From NCBI GenBank assembly GCA_965208125.1, contig OZ242320.1:4448001-4512000 (forward strand): a DNA stretch of 64,000 nt. Reading direction: 5' to 3'. Shown piece by piece: positions 37,748 to 46,715 of this stretch. Numbering within the stretch: position 1 is the first letter of the stretch; each line of letters starts with the position of its first letter. The position numbers were made by a program, and so were the translations under genes. Below the pieces are notes generated by a model. It ran no database searches and had not been told where the DNA came from. It saw only the letters and a program-made list of their open reading frames with translations. Source of the stretch: Candidatus Latescibacterota bacterium (GTDB taxonomy: Bacteria > Latescibacterota > UBA2968).

Positions 37748-37771
37748 GTGATCAATAACTATGGAGGATTT

Positions 37772-39013
37772 ATGAAATACAGGTATTATTTGTTAATCGC
37801 TGTTGTGCTTTGCTTTTCTTCCGCACACGCGGATTGGCCCCAATGGTTGGGACCCAACCGAACGGGTATTTCATCTGAAACGGGGTTGTTGACAACCTGG
37901 GCAAAAGATGGACCAGCGGTTGTGTGGGAAAAAGAACTCGGTGAGGGGTTTTCCGGTATCTCGGTCGCAGATGGACGGGTCTATACGATGTTTTCTGCTG
38001 GGGAGGACGAATTTGTCATTTGTTTGAATGAAAAAACGGGCGAGGAAATCTGGCGTTTCAGGACCGGTGCCAAATACTATGAGCGTCAAGGTGGAAATGG
38101 CCCCCGTTCTCAGCCTACTGTGGATGGCGAGCGGGTTTTTGTGCTCAGTGCCGAAGGCTGGTTGTACGCGCTCAATGCAAAAGATGGAAAAAAACTATGG
38201 CTGGTCGATCTCTACGATGGGTTGGGCAGTCGCGTGCCAAAATTCGGTTTTTCGACGTCGCCGCTGGTCGAGGGCGATTTATTGCTTTTAGAAGTGGGCA
38301 CACGGCAGGGGACGTTTATCGCTCTGGATAAGACAAATGGTGCTGTCAAGTGGGCGTCTCAAAACGATATTGTGTCCTATTCATCGCCTATTGCTGTAGA
38401 TATTGCGGATATTCGCCAGGTGGTTTTTGTTTCGGGCGAAGCCGCAGTTGGACTTTCTCCCACAGATGGATCGCTCTACTGGCGATTGCCCTGGTCCACA
38501 TCTTATGATCTGAATATTGCAACACCAATTTTAGTGCCCCCAGATCACATATTTATTTCTTCGGGTTATGACCACGGGGCAGCTCTGTTGCAAATATCCC
38601 GAGAGGGAGATGGTTTGAGCGTTCAAAAGGTGTGGGAAAGCCGCGGCATGAAAAACCATTTTGGAACATCGCTCCTGATCGGCGACTATATCTACGGTTT
38701 TGACAATGCGATTTTGAAATGTATTGAGGCAAAGACTGGCAAAGAACAGTGGAGACGCCGGGGGTATGGCAAGGGATCGCTTATTTATGCCGATGGACGT
38801 TTGATCATTTTGAGCGATAAAGGTAAGCTCGCATTGGCAGACGCATCGCCCACAGAGTTTCGGGAAAAGGCCGGCGCGCAAGTGCTGTCGGGTAAATGCT
38901 GGACACCACCAACACTTGCCAATGGCAAAATTTTTGTGCGCGATATGCACAGAATTGTATGCATGGATGTGTCGGGCACGCAGACGAAACCTGCGGACAC
39001 GGAGAGCGAGTAA
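37772..39013 (+). CDS. Secreted PQQ-binding-like beta-propeller protein
   Basis: Signal peptide (AHA|DW), DWPQWLGPNRTG, GPRSQP, YSSP, WTPPTLANG. GGAGG RBS. Confidence 0.88.
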   Translation: MKYRYYLLIAVVLCFSSAHADWPQWLGPNRTGISSETGLLTTWAKDGPAVVWEKELGEGFSGISVADGRVYTMFSAGEDEFVICLNEKTGEEIWRFRTGAKYYERQGGNGPRSQPTVDGERVFVLSAEGWLYALNAKDGKKLWLVDLYDGLGSRVPKFGFSTSPLVEGDLLLLEVGTRQGTFIALDKTNGAVKWASQNDIVSYSSPIAVDIADIRQVVFVSGEAAVGLSPTDGSLYWRLPWSTSYDLNIATPILVPPDHIFISSGYDHGAALLQISREGDGLSVQKVWESRGMKNHFGTSLLIGDYIYGFDNAILKCIEAKTGKEQWRRRGYGKGSLIYADGRLIILSDKGKLALADASPTEFREKAGAQVLSGKCWTPPTLANGKIFVRDMHRIVCMDVSGTQTKPADTESE

Positions 39014-39062
39014 TAGTCGGAAAAGGCCGGGGGACTGATATCTGACAATTGGAGAAGTCGCA

Positions 39063-41183
39063 ATGCGTTATTTTCGACAGCTTTTGATTTTTACCTGTAT
39101 TCTGGGCCTGACGAGTAATTTTATTTTTGCACAGAATACAGAAGAGGAAGAGAAGAAGGAAGAACTACCCGTTTATGCGGGTGAAGAGATTGTGGTGACG
39201 GAGAGCAAGGAAAAAGTGCCTACCGTGAGCACTATCGCGACGAAGGTTCCCGTCCCAATCCGTTTGACACCTGCGAGTATCGGGGTTGTCAATCACGGGT
39301 TGTTTCAACATCAAAGCGGCGTGGTTTTAGGGGATGCACTGCGAAATGTGAGCGGGGTCAATATTCAGACCGTATTTGGCGTTACGGATTTCTTTGTCAT
39401 TCGCGGTTTCGATTCGCTTTCCAGCGGGCTGGTGCTCACCGATGGCGCATCGGAGCCGGAAGCCACATTTTACAATCTCTACAATCTGGAGCGCGTGGAG
39501 GTGCTCAAGGGTCCGGGCGCATTTTTATACGGCGGCAATCCGCTTTCTGGATCGGTGAATCTGAGTCGCAAACAACCGATTTTTACAAATGCGCTCCAGG
39601 TTGGGGGTTCTTACGGTCCGTACAAAACGGGACGCGGAACAGTAGATGCGAATTGGGCGGATGTCGATCAGGGTATTGCCCTGCGAGTCAATGCACTACG
39701 ACAGGTATCTGATAGCTATCGAGATGATAAAGACAGCGGTTTGTGGGCTATGAATCCCGCAGTGACCTGGCGGCCCAGTGACAGAACCACAGTGACCGCC
39801 AATTTCGAATATGTCACCAGCAGATACAAATCGGATGCGGGCCTGCCCATTATCAATGGGGCGGTCGCAGATGTGCCGCGCACACAATCGTATCAATCGC
39901 CGTTTGATGCGTCAGATCAAGATATTTATCGGGCGCGCGTGGATCTCCACTCCCGCTTGTCGAGACAGGTCACGCTTCGCAACAAGTTCTATTATACAGA
40001 TTTTTCATGGGTGTCTCAGGGCACATTGTTCAGCGGCGTTTTTCCCAATGCTCAGGGGAGTCTGGATATTCTGCGATCACTCGTTCTTTTGGATGACCGT
40101 CAGAAAGTGTTGGGCAATCAGTTTGAGTTTTTATCTACATTCCGCACGGGACACGTAGAACACACGCTGCTTACCGGACTGGAATTGATGCAGTGGAAAG
40201 ACAAATTTACCTTAGATGTGGCTGCTTTGCCCAATATCGACGTGTTCAACCCCGTGGAAACTGCGAGCCAGCCATTTTTTATTATTCCGGGGCAATCGCA
40301 GGGGGCGGATTCAAAAAGTCTCGTTGTCGCGCCCTATGTCGTGAATCGCATTGTCTTTTGTCCATGCTATGAGGCATTTGTAGGTGTGCGATATGACCGC
40401 ATTGATTACGATGATCCCATGACTTCCACGTCTCGCAATTACAACAAACTGAGTCCTATGGCAGGTATGGTGTTTTCGCTTAAGGAGGATCTCTCGTTTT
40501 ACGCCAATGTGGGTAAAGCATTTGCCCCTCCTTCGAGCCTGGTCGCAGGCCCGCGAGAGACCGAAGAGAGTTTGCAGATGGAAGTGGGCGCGAAAAAATA
40601 CCTGTTAGACGACCGCCTGCACGCGAGTTTTGCTGTTTATCATTTGGCAAAAGACAACATCGGAATCCCCGATGCGACAGGTGTCACACAGCAAGATGGC
40701 GATCAACGGTCTCGCGGTGTCGAGCTGGAGATGATGGTGCGCCCCGTGAAAAATTGGCACACATTTTTGTCCTACGCTTTTTCCAATGCCATACTCACGC
40801 GCTTTACCGAGTTTGTCCCCGTGTTCACGCAAACGGGTATTACATACCAGCTTATGGATCGTTCGGGAAATAGGGCAGCTTTTTCGCCGCGCCATATTTT
40901 CAATGTGTGGACAGCGAGAGGATTTGACAACGGGTTGGAATTTGGGATTGGCGTGCGCTATGTCACCAACCAGTTTATTGCCGCAGACAATCAATTTCAA
41001 ATTGGGGATGTGTTGACGCTGGATGCATCCGCGTCTTATACGTACAAGCAGATGAAATTTCGGATTAATGCGAAAAATTTAACCAATCGGGAATACGAAA
41101 CGCAGGGTAGCCTTGGCGCCCCTACCTCAGTTATTCCGGCCAATCCATTTGGCATGTACTGTGCTTTTGAAGTCAATATTTGA
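39063..41183 (+). CDS. TonB-dependent receptor (siderophore receptor-like)
   Basis: Signal peptide, TonB-box-like EIVVT, plug motifs TPASI, IRGF, ERVEVLKGP...YG...G.VN, C-terminal NLTNREY. Confidence 0.92.
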   Translation: MRYFRQLLIFTCILGLTSNFIFAQNTEEEEKKEELPVYAGEEIVVTESKEKVPTVSTIATKVPVPIRLTPASIGVVNHGLFQHQSGVVLGDALRNVSGVNIQTVFGVTDFFVIRGFDSLSSGLVLTDGASEPEATFYNLYNLERVEVLKGPGAFLYGGNPLSGSVNLSRKQPIFTNALQVGGSYGPYKTGRGTVDANWADVDQGIALRVNALRQVSDSYRDDKDSGLWAMNPAVTWRPSDRTTVTANFEYVTSRYKSDAGLPIINGAVADVPRTQSYQSPFDASDQDIYRARVDLHSRLSRQVTLRNKFYYTDFSWVSQGTLFSGVFPNAQGSLDILRSLVLLDDRQKVLGNQFEFLSTFRTGHVEHTLLTGLELMQWKDKFTLDVAALPNIDVFNPVETASQPFFIIPGQSQGADSKSLVVAPYVVNRIVFCPCYEAFVGVRYDRIDYDDPMTSTSRNYNKLSPMAGMVFSLKEDLSFYANVGKAFAPPSSLVAGPRETEESLQMEVGAKKYLLDDRLHASFAVYHLAKDNIGIPDATGVTQQDGDQRSRGVELEMMVRPVKNWHTFLSYAFSNAILTRFTEFVPVFTQTGITYQLMDRSGNRAAFSPRHIFNVWTARGFDNGLEFGIGVRYVTNQFIAADNQFQIGDVLTLDASASYTYKQMKFRINAKNLTNREYETQGSLGAPTSVIPANPFGMYCAFEVNI

Positions 41184-41186
41184 ACT

Positions 41187-42458
41187 ATGCCTGACTTGAC
41201 CACAGATCGAAACGCGCTTTGGCAGCGGCAATTGAAGCGGTTGCGAGGTATGCTGTCTTCAGTGCTGAATGGCAATGATTTTTATCGCAATAAGTTGAAT
41301 CGGGCAGGTATTTATCGACCCGAGGATATTCAGACGCGCAATGATTACAGGCTGTTGCCCTTCACTACTAAAGAGGAATTATCGGCTGACCAGATGGCGT
41401 ATCCACCTTATGGCAGCAACGTGACTTTTCCGCCAGATCACTATATCCGCGTCCATCAAACATCGGGGACTACGGGAGAGCCTTTGAACTGGTTGGATAC
41501 GGTAGAGAGTTGGGATTGGTTTGCGCGTTGCTGGACTTATGTGTATCGCGGGGCGGGCGTGACGGCAAATGACAGATTGTTTTTTGCCTTTTCTTTTGGT
41601 CCTTTTATCGGATTCTGGACCGGGCATGAGAGCGCGCGTTTAATGGGTGCGATGTCCATCTCTGGGGGGTCCATGTCGTCGATTCAGCGTTTGCAAGCGA
41701 TTCAGGATCATCGGGTTACTGTTCTGATCTGTACGCCGACATATGCCCTGCATCTGGCAGAGGTGGCTGAGGCAGAAGGTTTTGATATTGCGGGTGGGGG
41801 TGTTCAGACTACGATTCACGCGGGTGAACCCGGTGCGGGGTTGCCGGCGACCAGACGACGCATTGAGCAGGCCTGGGGAGCGCGTTGTTATGACCACGCC
41901 GGGGCGACTGAGGTGGGTGCGTGGGGATTTGAATGTGCGTTTCGAGATGGCATGCATATCAACGAAGCTGAATTTATTTGCGAAGTGATTGATCCCGATA
42001 CGGGCGAACAAGCGAGAGAGGGGGAGTTGGTGCTCACCAGTTTGGGGCGTGCTGGTATGCCCGTTATCCGCTATCGCACAGGAGATCGCGTAAAGCTGCA
42101 TGCGGGAATATGTGATTGCGGTTCGAGTTTCTCGCGTCTTGAAGGGGGCGTGATTGGACGTATCGACGATGCATTGATTATCCGCGGCGTCAATTTTTAT
42201 CCCAGCGCGATTGAAAATATCGTTCGGGGATTTCCCGAAGTGACCGAGTTTGCGGTGGATATCTACCGACAAAGCGAAATGGATGATATGAAAATTCGCA
42301 TCGAGTTAAATGGTGGAGAGCCGGGGGCAATTTCCGAGACGATTGGCAGAGAGGTGCGACATATTCTGGGCATACGCGCTGGCGTTCAAACCGTGCCGCA
42401 TAATACTTTGCCGAGATTTGAACTGAAAGCGAGACGGTTTACTGATCACCGAGTTTAA
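41187..42458 (+). CDS. Phenylacetate-CoA ligase (PaaK) family protein
   Basis: LPFTTK, TSGTTG, TPTY, GEP, HAGATE, RYRTGD, GRIDD...IRGVN. Confidence 0.88.
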   Translation: MPDLTTDRNALWQRQLKRLRGMLSSVLNGNDFYRNKLNRAGIYRPEDIQTRNDYRLLPFTTKEELSADQMAYPPYGSNVTFPPDHYIRVHQTSGTTGEPLNWLDTVESWDWFARCWTYVYRGAGVTANDRLFFAFSFGPFIGFWTGHESARLMGAMSISGGSMSSIQRLQAIQDHRVTVLICTPTYALHLAEVAEAEGFDIAGGGVQTTIHAGEPGAGLPATRRRIEQAWGARCYDHAGATEVGAWGFECAFRDGMHINEAEFICEVIDPDTGEQAREGELVLTSLGRAGMPVIRYRTGDRVKLHAGICDCGSSFSRLEGGVIGRIDDALIIRGVNFYPSAIENIVRGFPEVTEFAVDIYRQSEMDDMKIRIELNGGEPGAISETIGREVRHILGIRAGVQTVPHNTLPRFELKARRFTDHRV

Positions 42459-42472
42459 TAGAAAGCGTTTCT

Positions 42473-43732
42473 ATGATTGCAGATCAATACGATGTCATTG
42501 TCATTGGTGGAGGACCTGCGGGGAGTACGACAGCCGCGCTTGTCGCTGAATATGGGCACCGCGTACTGTTGCTGGAAAGGGAGGAGTTTCCCAGGTTTCA
42601 GATTGGCGAGTCCCTGATGCCGGGTACTTACTGGTCATTCAAACGGCTGGGGTTGCTGGATAAGCTAAAAAAAAGTGCGTTTGTCAAAAAGTACAGTGTT
42701 CAGTTTTTCAGCGGTTCGGGAAAAGGCTCTGCGCCATTTTATTTTCACTTACACGATCCCCACGAGAGTTCTATCACGTATCAGGTGTTGCGCAGCGAAT
42801 TTGATCTTATGATGATGGACAATGCCCGCGAGAAAGGCACTGTGGTCGAGCAGGGGGCGAGTGTGCATCAGGTGCATTTTAGTGGAGAGCGCGCAACGGG
42901 TGTTCAGGTGAGATACCGCGATGGACAGATCAGAGATGTGTCTGCCAGTGTTATTGTAGATGCGACGGGGCGAAGCGCGCTTATTTCGAGAAGGCTAAAG
43001 ACCAAGACGATTGAGCCAGAGCTAAAAAAGGCGTCTATTTTCACCCACTACAAAGGCGCGTTCCGAGACGAGGGTATTGACGAAGGCGCAACGCTGATTT
43101 TACATACGCAAGATAAGGATTCCTGGTTCTGGTACATCCCGCTGGCAGATGATGTGGTCAGCGTGGGTGTTGTTGGGGGATTGGATTATCTGTTGCAAAA
43201 CCGCAAGAGAACCCCTCAGGAAATTTTTGAAGAAGAGTTAGCAAAGTGTGTCCGCATGCAAGAACGGCTCGCAGGGGCAGATCAGTTATTTCCGATGAAA
43301 GTCACGCAGGACTTTTCATACCGATCCAATACTGTCGCGGGTGAGGGATGGGTGCTGGTAGGCGATGCTTTTGGTTTTATAGATCCCGTTTATTCCTCGG
43401 GTGTGTTTCTCGCGCTCAAATCGGGCGAGATGGCCGCCGATGCAATCCACGAGGCCATTGAAAAACGCGATTTCTCTGCCGAACAACTCGGCAAATGGGG
43501 GCCAGAATTTCTTCCGGGCATGGAGGCGATTCGCAAATTGGTCTATGCTTTTTATACCAAAGATTTCAGTTTTGCCAGATTTTTAAAAGCGCATCCAGAA
43601 TGTATAGATGGCATTATCAATATCTTAAAAGGCAATGTCTATCGCGAGGATGTCACCCCTATTTTTGAGCCTATGGGGCAAATGTGCGATCTGCCCGAAA
43701 CTGTGGATCACTACACTGAGGTATCTGCTTAA
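42473..43732 (+). CDS. Flavin-dependent halogenase-like FAD oxidoreductase
   Basis: GGGPAG, FPRFQIGES, Lys in FVKKYS, WFWYIP (WxWxIP), GDAFGFIDPVYSSGV. Confidence 0.8.
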   Translation: MIADQYDVIVIGGGPAGSTTAALVAEYGHRVLLLEREEFPRFQIGESLMPGTYWSFKRLGLLDKLKKSAFVKKYSVQFFSGSGKGSAPFYFHLHDPHESSITYQVLRSEFDLMMMDNAREKGTVVEQGASVHQVHFSGERATGVQVRYRDGQIRDVSASVIVDATGRSALISRRLKTKTIEPELKKASIFTHYKGAFRDEGIDEGATLILHTQDKDSWFWYIPLADDVVSVGVVGGLDYLLQNRKRTPQEIFEEELAKCVRMQERLAGADQLFPMKVTQDFSYRSNTVAGEGWVLVGDAFGFIDPVYSSGVFLALKSGEMAADAIHEAIEKRDFSAEQLGKWGPEFLPGMEAIRKLVYAFYTKDFSFARFLKAHPECIDGIINILKGNVYREDVTPIFEPMGQMCDLPETVDHYTEVSA

Positions 43733-43747
43733 ACGGGATTGCTGTAT

Positions 43748-45034
43748 ATGCGAATTGCTTATATTGCCGCGGGTGCAGCGGGCATGTATTGTGGCAGTTG
43801 TATTCACGACAATGCGCTGGCCTCCGCTCTTCAGCGCAGGGGGATAGACTTCGCGCTTATTCCGACGTACACGCCCCTGCGTACCGATGAACCGGGCGCG
43901 AGTATCGATCGGGTTTTTTATGGCGGCATCAATGTTTATCTCCAGCAGAAAATGGGTATTTTTCGGCACACGCCCTCTTTTATCGATAAGTTATTGAATA
44001 GCCGAATACTGCTCAATAGTCTCGCCCGTTTCAGTGGTTCAACGCGTGCTGAAGACCTCGGCGCGCTCACGGTATCGGTTTTAGAAGGGGAAGAAGGCGC
44101 ACAAAAAAAAGAACTCGCAAAGCTGGTGCACTGGTTAAAAGAGGATTTTCAGCCCGATCTCGTGCAATTGACCAATTCGATGTTTTTGGGCATGGCCAGA
44201 GAAATGAAACGGGAACTCGGCGTTCCCGTTTTGTGTTCTCTGCAAGGTGAGGATATCTTTCTCGAAGGATTGATAGAACCGTACAACGCGCAGGCGCGGC
44301 AGTGCTTACAGGATCGGGCAAAAGATGTCGATGGATTTGTAGCTACGTGTGACTATTATGCCGATTTTATGGCTGATTATCTCGATGTGCCGCGCAATAG
44401 GATTCACGTCGCTCCTTTGGGCATCAAATTAGACGGGCATGGGGAAAGCGATGTAAAGCCGGATCCATTGCCTTTTGCGATAGGTTATCTCGCCCGAATA
44501 TGTCCCGAGAAAGGGTTGCATGCGCTGGTAGATGCGTTTCATCAACTGGCTGAGCAAGTCGGTAAGGAGAATGTAAGACTTAGTGTTGCCGGTTATCTCG
44601 GACAAAGAGACGCGCCGTATTTTCAGCACGTATGCGAACAAATCGCATCCCGGGGACTTTCCGATGTTTTTGATTATCGCGGGGAAGTCAATCGAGAAGA
44701 AAAAATTGCATTCCTGAATAGTATCCATATCTTATCCGTGCCCACGCCTTATAAAGAGCCTAAAGGACTATCGCTGCTCGAAGCTATGGCCAATGGCGTT
44801 CCCGTTGTTCAGCCCCGGCACGGTATTTTTCCTGAATGGATTGAAAAAACGGGTGGGGGAATTCTGGTAGAGCCAGATTCTTCAGAGGCTCTGGCGGCAG
44901 GGTTAATGCGGATGATGAATGACGCAGATGGGCGAGAGGCGATGGGGCAAAAAGGCAAAGAAGCAGTACATCAAAATTTTAGCGACGACGATATGGCGGA
45001 AGCAACACTGGCGGTATATCGTCAGTATGTGTGA
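43748..45034 (+). CDS. Glycosyltransferase family 4
   Basis: GT-B C-terminal motifs RICPEKG and EPKGLSLLEAMANGVP. Unusual N-terminal YCGSC. Confidence 0.88.
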   Translation: MRIAYIAAGAAGMYCGSCIHDNALASALQRRGIDFALIPTYTPLRTDEPGASIDRVFYGGINVYLQQKMGIFRHTPSFIDKLLNSRILLNSLARFSGSTRAEDLGALTVSVLEGEEGAQKKELAKLVHWLKEDFQPDLVQLTNSMFLGMAREMKRELGVPVLCSLQGEDIFLEGLIEPYNAQARQCLQDRAKDVDGFVATCDYYADFMADYLDVPRNRIHVAPLGIKLDGHGESDVKPDPLPFAIGYLARICPEKGLHALVDAFHQLAEQVGKENVRLSVAGYLGQRDAPYFQHVCEQIASRGLSDVFDYRGEVNREEKIAFLNSIHILSVPTPYKEPKGLSLLEAMANGVPVVQPRHGIFPEWIEKTGGGILVEPDSSEALAAGLMRMMNDADGREAMGQKGKEAVHQNFSDDDMAEATLAVYRQYV

Positions 45035-45059
45035 TTAAAAACTTAACACGGGAGGGCAA

Positions 45060-45551
45060 ATGCCGACTTCTTCTTCTGGACTTACGTGGTTGATTTTTGC
45101 GTTGATGACTGTGGGCGCGTGGGGTTTGTACGGGATTTTTCTGCACACCGGACAGATCGCTATGGGCGATCCCGAAAATGGACGCTACAAAGCTTTTCTC
45201 TTTGTGGGTATTGCCTATCTTTTGACAGCTGTTATTGGATCCCTCATTGTGCTGGCGATCAACGGATCGGACTGGTCATTTCCGACAAAGGGGCTGACCT
45301 GGTCGCTGCTGGCTGGTATTGTGGGGGCCATCGGTGCATTTGGCGTGCTTCTCGCCTTTGGGGCGAAGGGGACACCGCCCGTGGTTATGTCTATTGTTTT
45401 TGCCGGCGCGCCTATTGTCAATGCCGTCGTATCCCTCATCTTGCATCCGCCAGCAGGTGGGTGGGGTGGGTTGAACTGGCAATTTGTGCTGGGTATTATA
45501 CTGGCTGCGATGGGAGGTTGTCTGGTGACATTATTTAAACCTTCGTCTTGA
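45060..45551 (+). CDS. Five-TM DMT/EamA-like membrane protein
   Basis: About five hydrophobic helices with WGLYG and APIVN motifs. Confidence 0.65.
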   Translation: MPTSSSGLTWLIFALMTVGAWGLYGIFLHTGQIAMGDPENGRYKAFLFVGIAYLLTAVIGSLIVLAINGSDWSFPTKGLTWSLLAGIVGAIGAFGVLLAFGAKGTPPVVMSIVFAGAPIVNAVVSLILHPPAGGWGGLNWQFVLGIILAAMGGCLVTLFKPSS

Positions 45552-46003
45552 TGACGGATAGCACTATGCACAGTGAATTTCACACTACTCGCAGGGTTGC
45601 ATTTTCCGATACGGACATGGCCGGGATTGTACACTTTTCCCGGTTTTTTGTCTTTATGGAAGCTGCCGAGCATGCTTTTTTGCGCGCGTTGGGTACGAGT
45701 GTTTCAACAGAATGGGATGGGAATAAAATTGGATGGCCGCGATTGGAAGCGACATGTACATATCTCAGTCCAGCCGTATTTGAAGATGTGCTGGATATTC
45801 ATCTGAAGGTGATACGCAAAGGCACAAAATCCCTGACTTATCGGTTTGATTTTTTTCGCGGAGAGACAGCTATTGCTAGCGGCGAATTGAGTGCGGTATG
45901 TTGTATATGCAATCCCGGCGAAAAAATCAGGTCCATACCGATTCCAGATTTTATTGCGGATCAGATCGCGGATGAAGCAGATGGCGCAGATAGACGCGGA
46001 TGA
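45551..46003 (+). CDS. Acyl-CoA thioesterase (YbgC / 4-hydroxybenzoyl-CoA hotdog family)
   Basis: RVAFSDTDMAGIVHFSRFF.FME motif. Translationally coupled to the upstream gene (TGATG). Confidence 0.9.
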   Translation: MTDSTMHSEFHTTRRVAFSDTDMAGIVHFSRFFVFMEAAEHAFLRALGTSVSTEWDGNKIGWPRLEATCTYLSPAVFEDVLDIHLKVIRKGTKSLTYRFDFFRGETAIASGELSAVCCICNPGEKIRSIPIPDFIADQIADEADGADRRG

Positions 46004-46014
46004 AGATCGAGAAA

Positions 46015-46042
46015 GTAGGGGCGCGGCCCCTGTGCCCGCCCG
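46015..46042 (+). repeat. GTAG-type REP-like palindrome
   Basis: GTAG followed by the imperfect hairpin GGGCGcGGC-CCCTGT-GCCCGCCC, intergenic. Confidence 0.6.
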
Positions 46043-46061
46043 AATATTTAAGAGGTCGCAA

Positions 46062-46715
46062 ATGGCACTAAAAGTTGAAAACCTTTCCAAACGCTTTGGC
46101 GATGTAAATGTTCTGCAGGGTATATCTTTTGAAATGACAATGGGGCAGTCGCTGAGTGTTATGGGGCCTTCGGGGTCGGGGAAGAGCACCTTGTTGCATG
46201 TGCTTGGTACGCTGGATCGGCCATCTGAAGGGAGCCTCGAAATTGAAGGCCAGGATCCCTTTGCACTGTCGGAAATCGACCTTGCGCGGTTTAGAAATCA
46301 GGGGATTGGATTTGTGTTTCAAGAGCACCATCTTTTGCCGCAATACTCGGTTTTGGAAAATGTTTTGATTCCGACGCTGGCATTTCGAAATGGCGATGCT
46401 CGAGATCGCGCCCGAGAGATTATTGATCGCGTGGGCTTGTCGCATCGCATTGATCACCGGCCCGCCGAATTATCTGGTGGCGAGCGACAGCGCACAGCTG
46501 TTGCGCGTGCGCTCATCAATTCTCCGGCATTGCTCTTGTGCGACGAGCCAACGGGTAGCCTGGATGGGGCGCGGGCAGAGGAAATAGCCGATTTGCTATT
46601 TGAATTGCACAAGCGAGAAAATAATATCCTGATCTGCGCGACGCACAGCTCGGCACTGGCTCGTCGCTTTGAGCGGCGGTTTGACCTGCGGGAGGGGACG
46701 TGCGTCGAAGTCTGA
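46062..46715 (+). CDS. ABC transporter ATP-binding protein (LolD/MacB type)
   Basis: GPSGSGKST, GFVFQ, LSGGERQR, CDEPTG. ATG at 46062 follows GAGG. Confidence 0.93.
   Translation: MALKVENLSKRFGDVNVLQGISFEMTMGQSLSVMGPSGSGKSTLLHVLGTLDRPSEGSLEIEGQDPFALSEIDLARFRNQGIGFVFQEHHLLPQYSVLENVLIPTLAFRNGDARDRAREIIDRVGLSHRIDHRPAELSGGERQRTAVARALINSPALLLCDEPTGSLDGARAEEIADLLFELHKRENNILICATHSSALARRFERRFDLREGTCVEV

Noticed and set aside
41187-42458. Phenylacetate catabolism (paaK)
   Set aside because: No paaABCDE, paaG or paaZ is nearby, and the context is biosynthetic tailoring.
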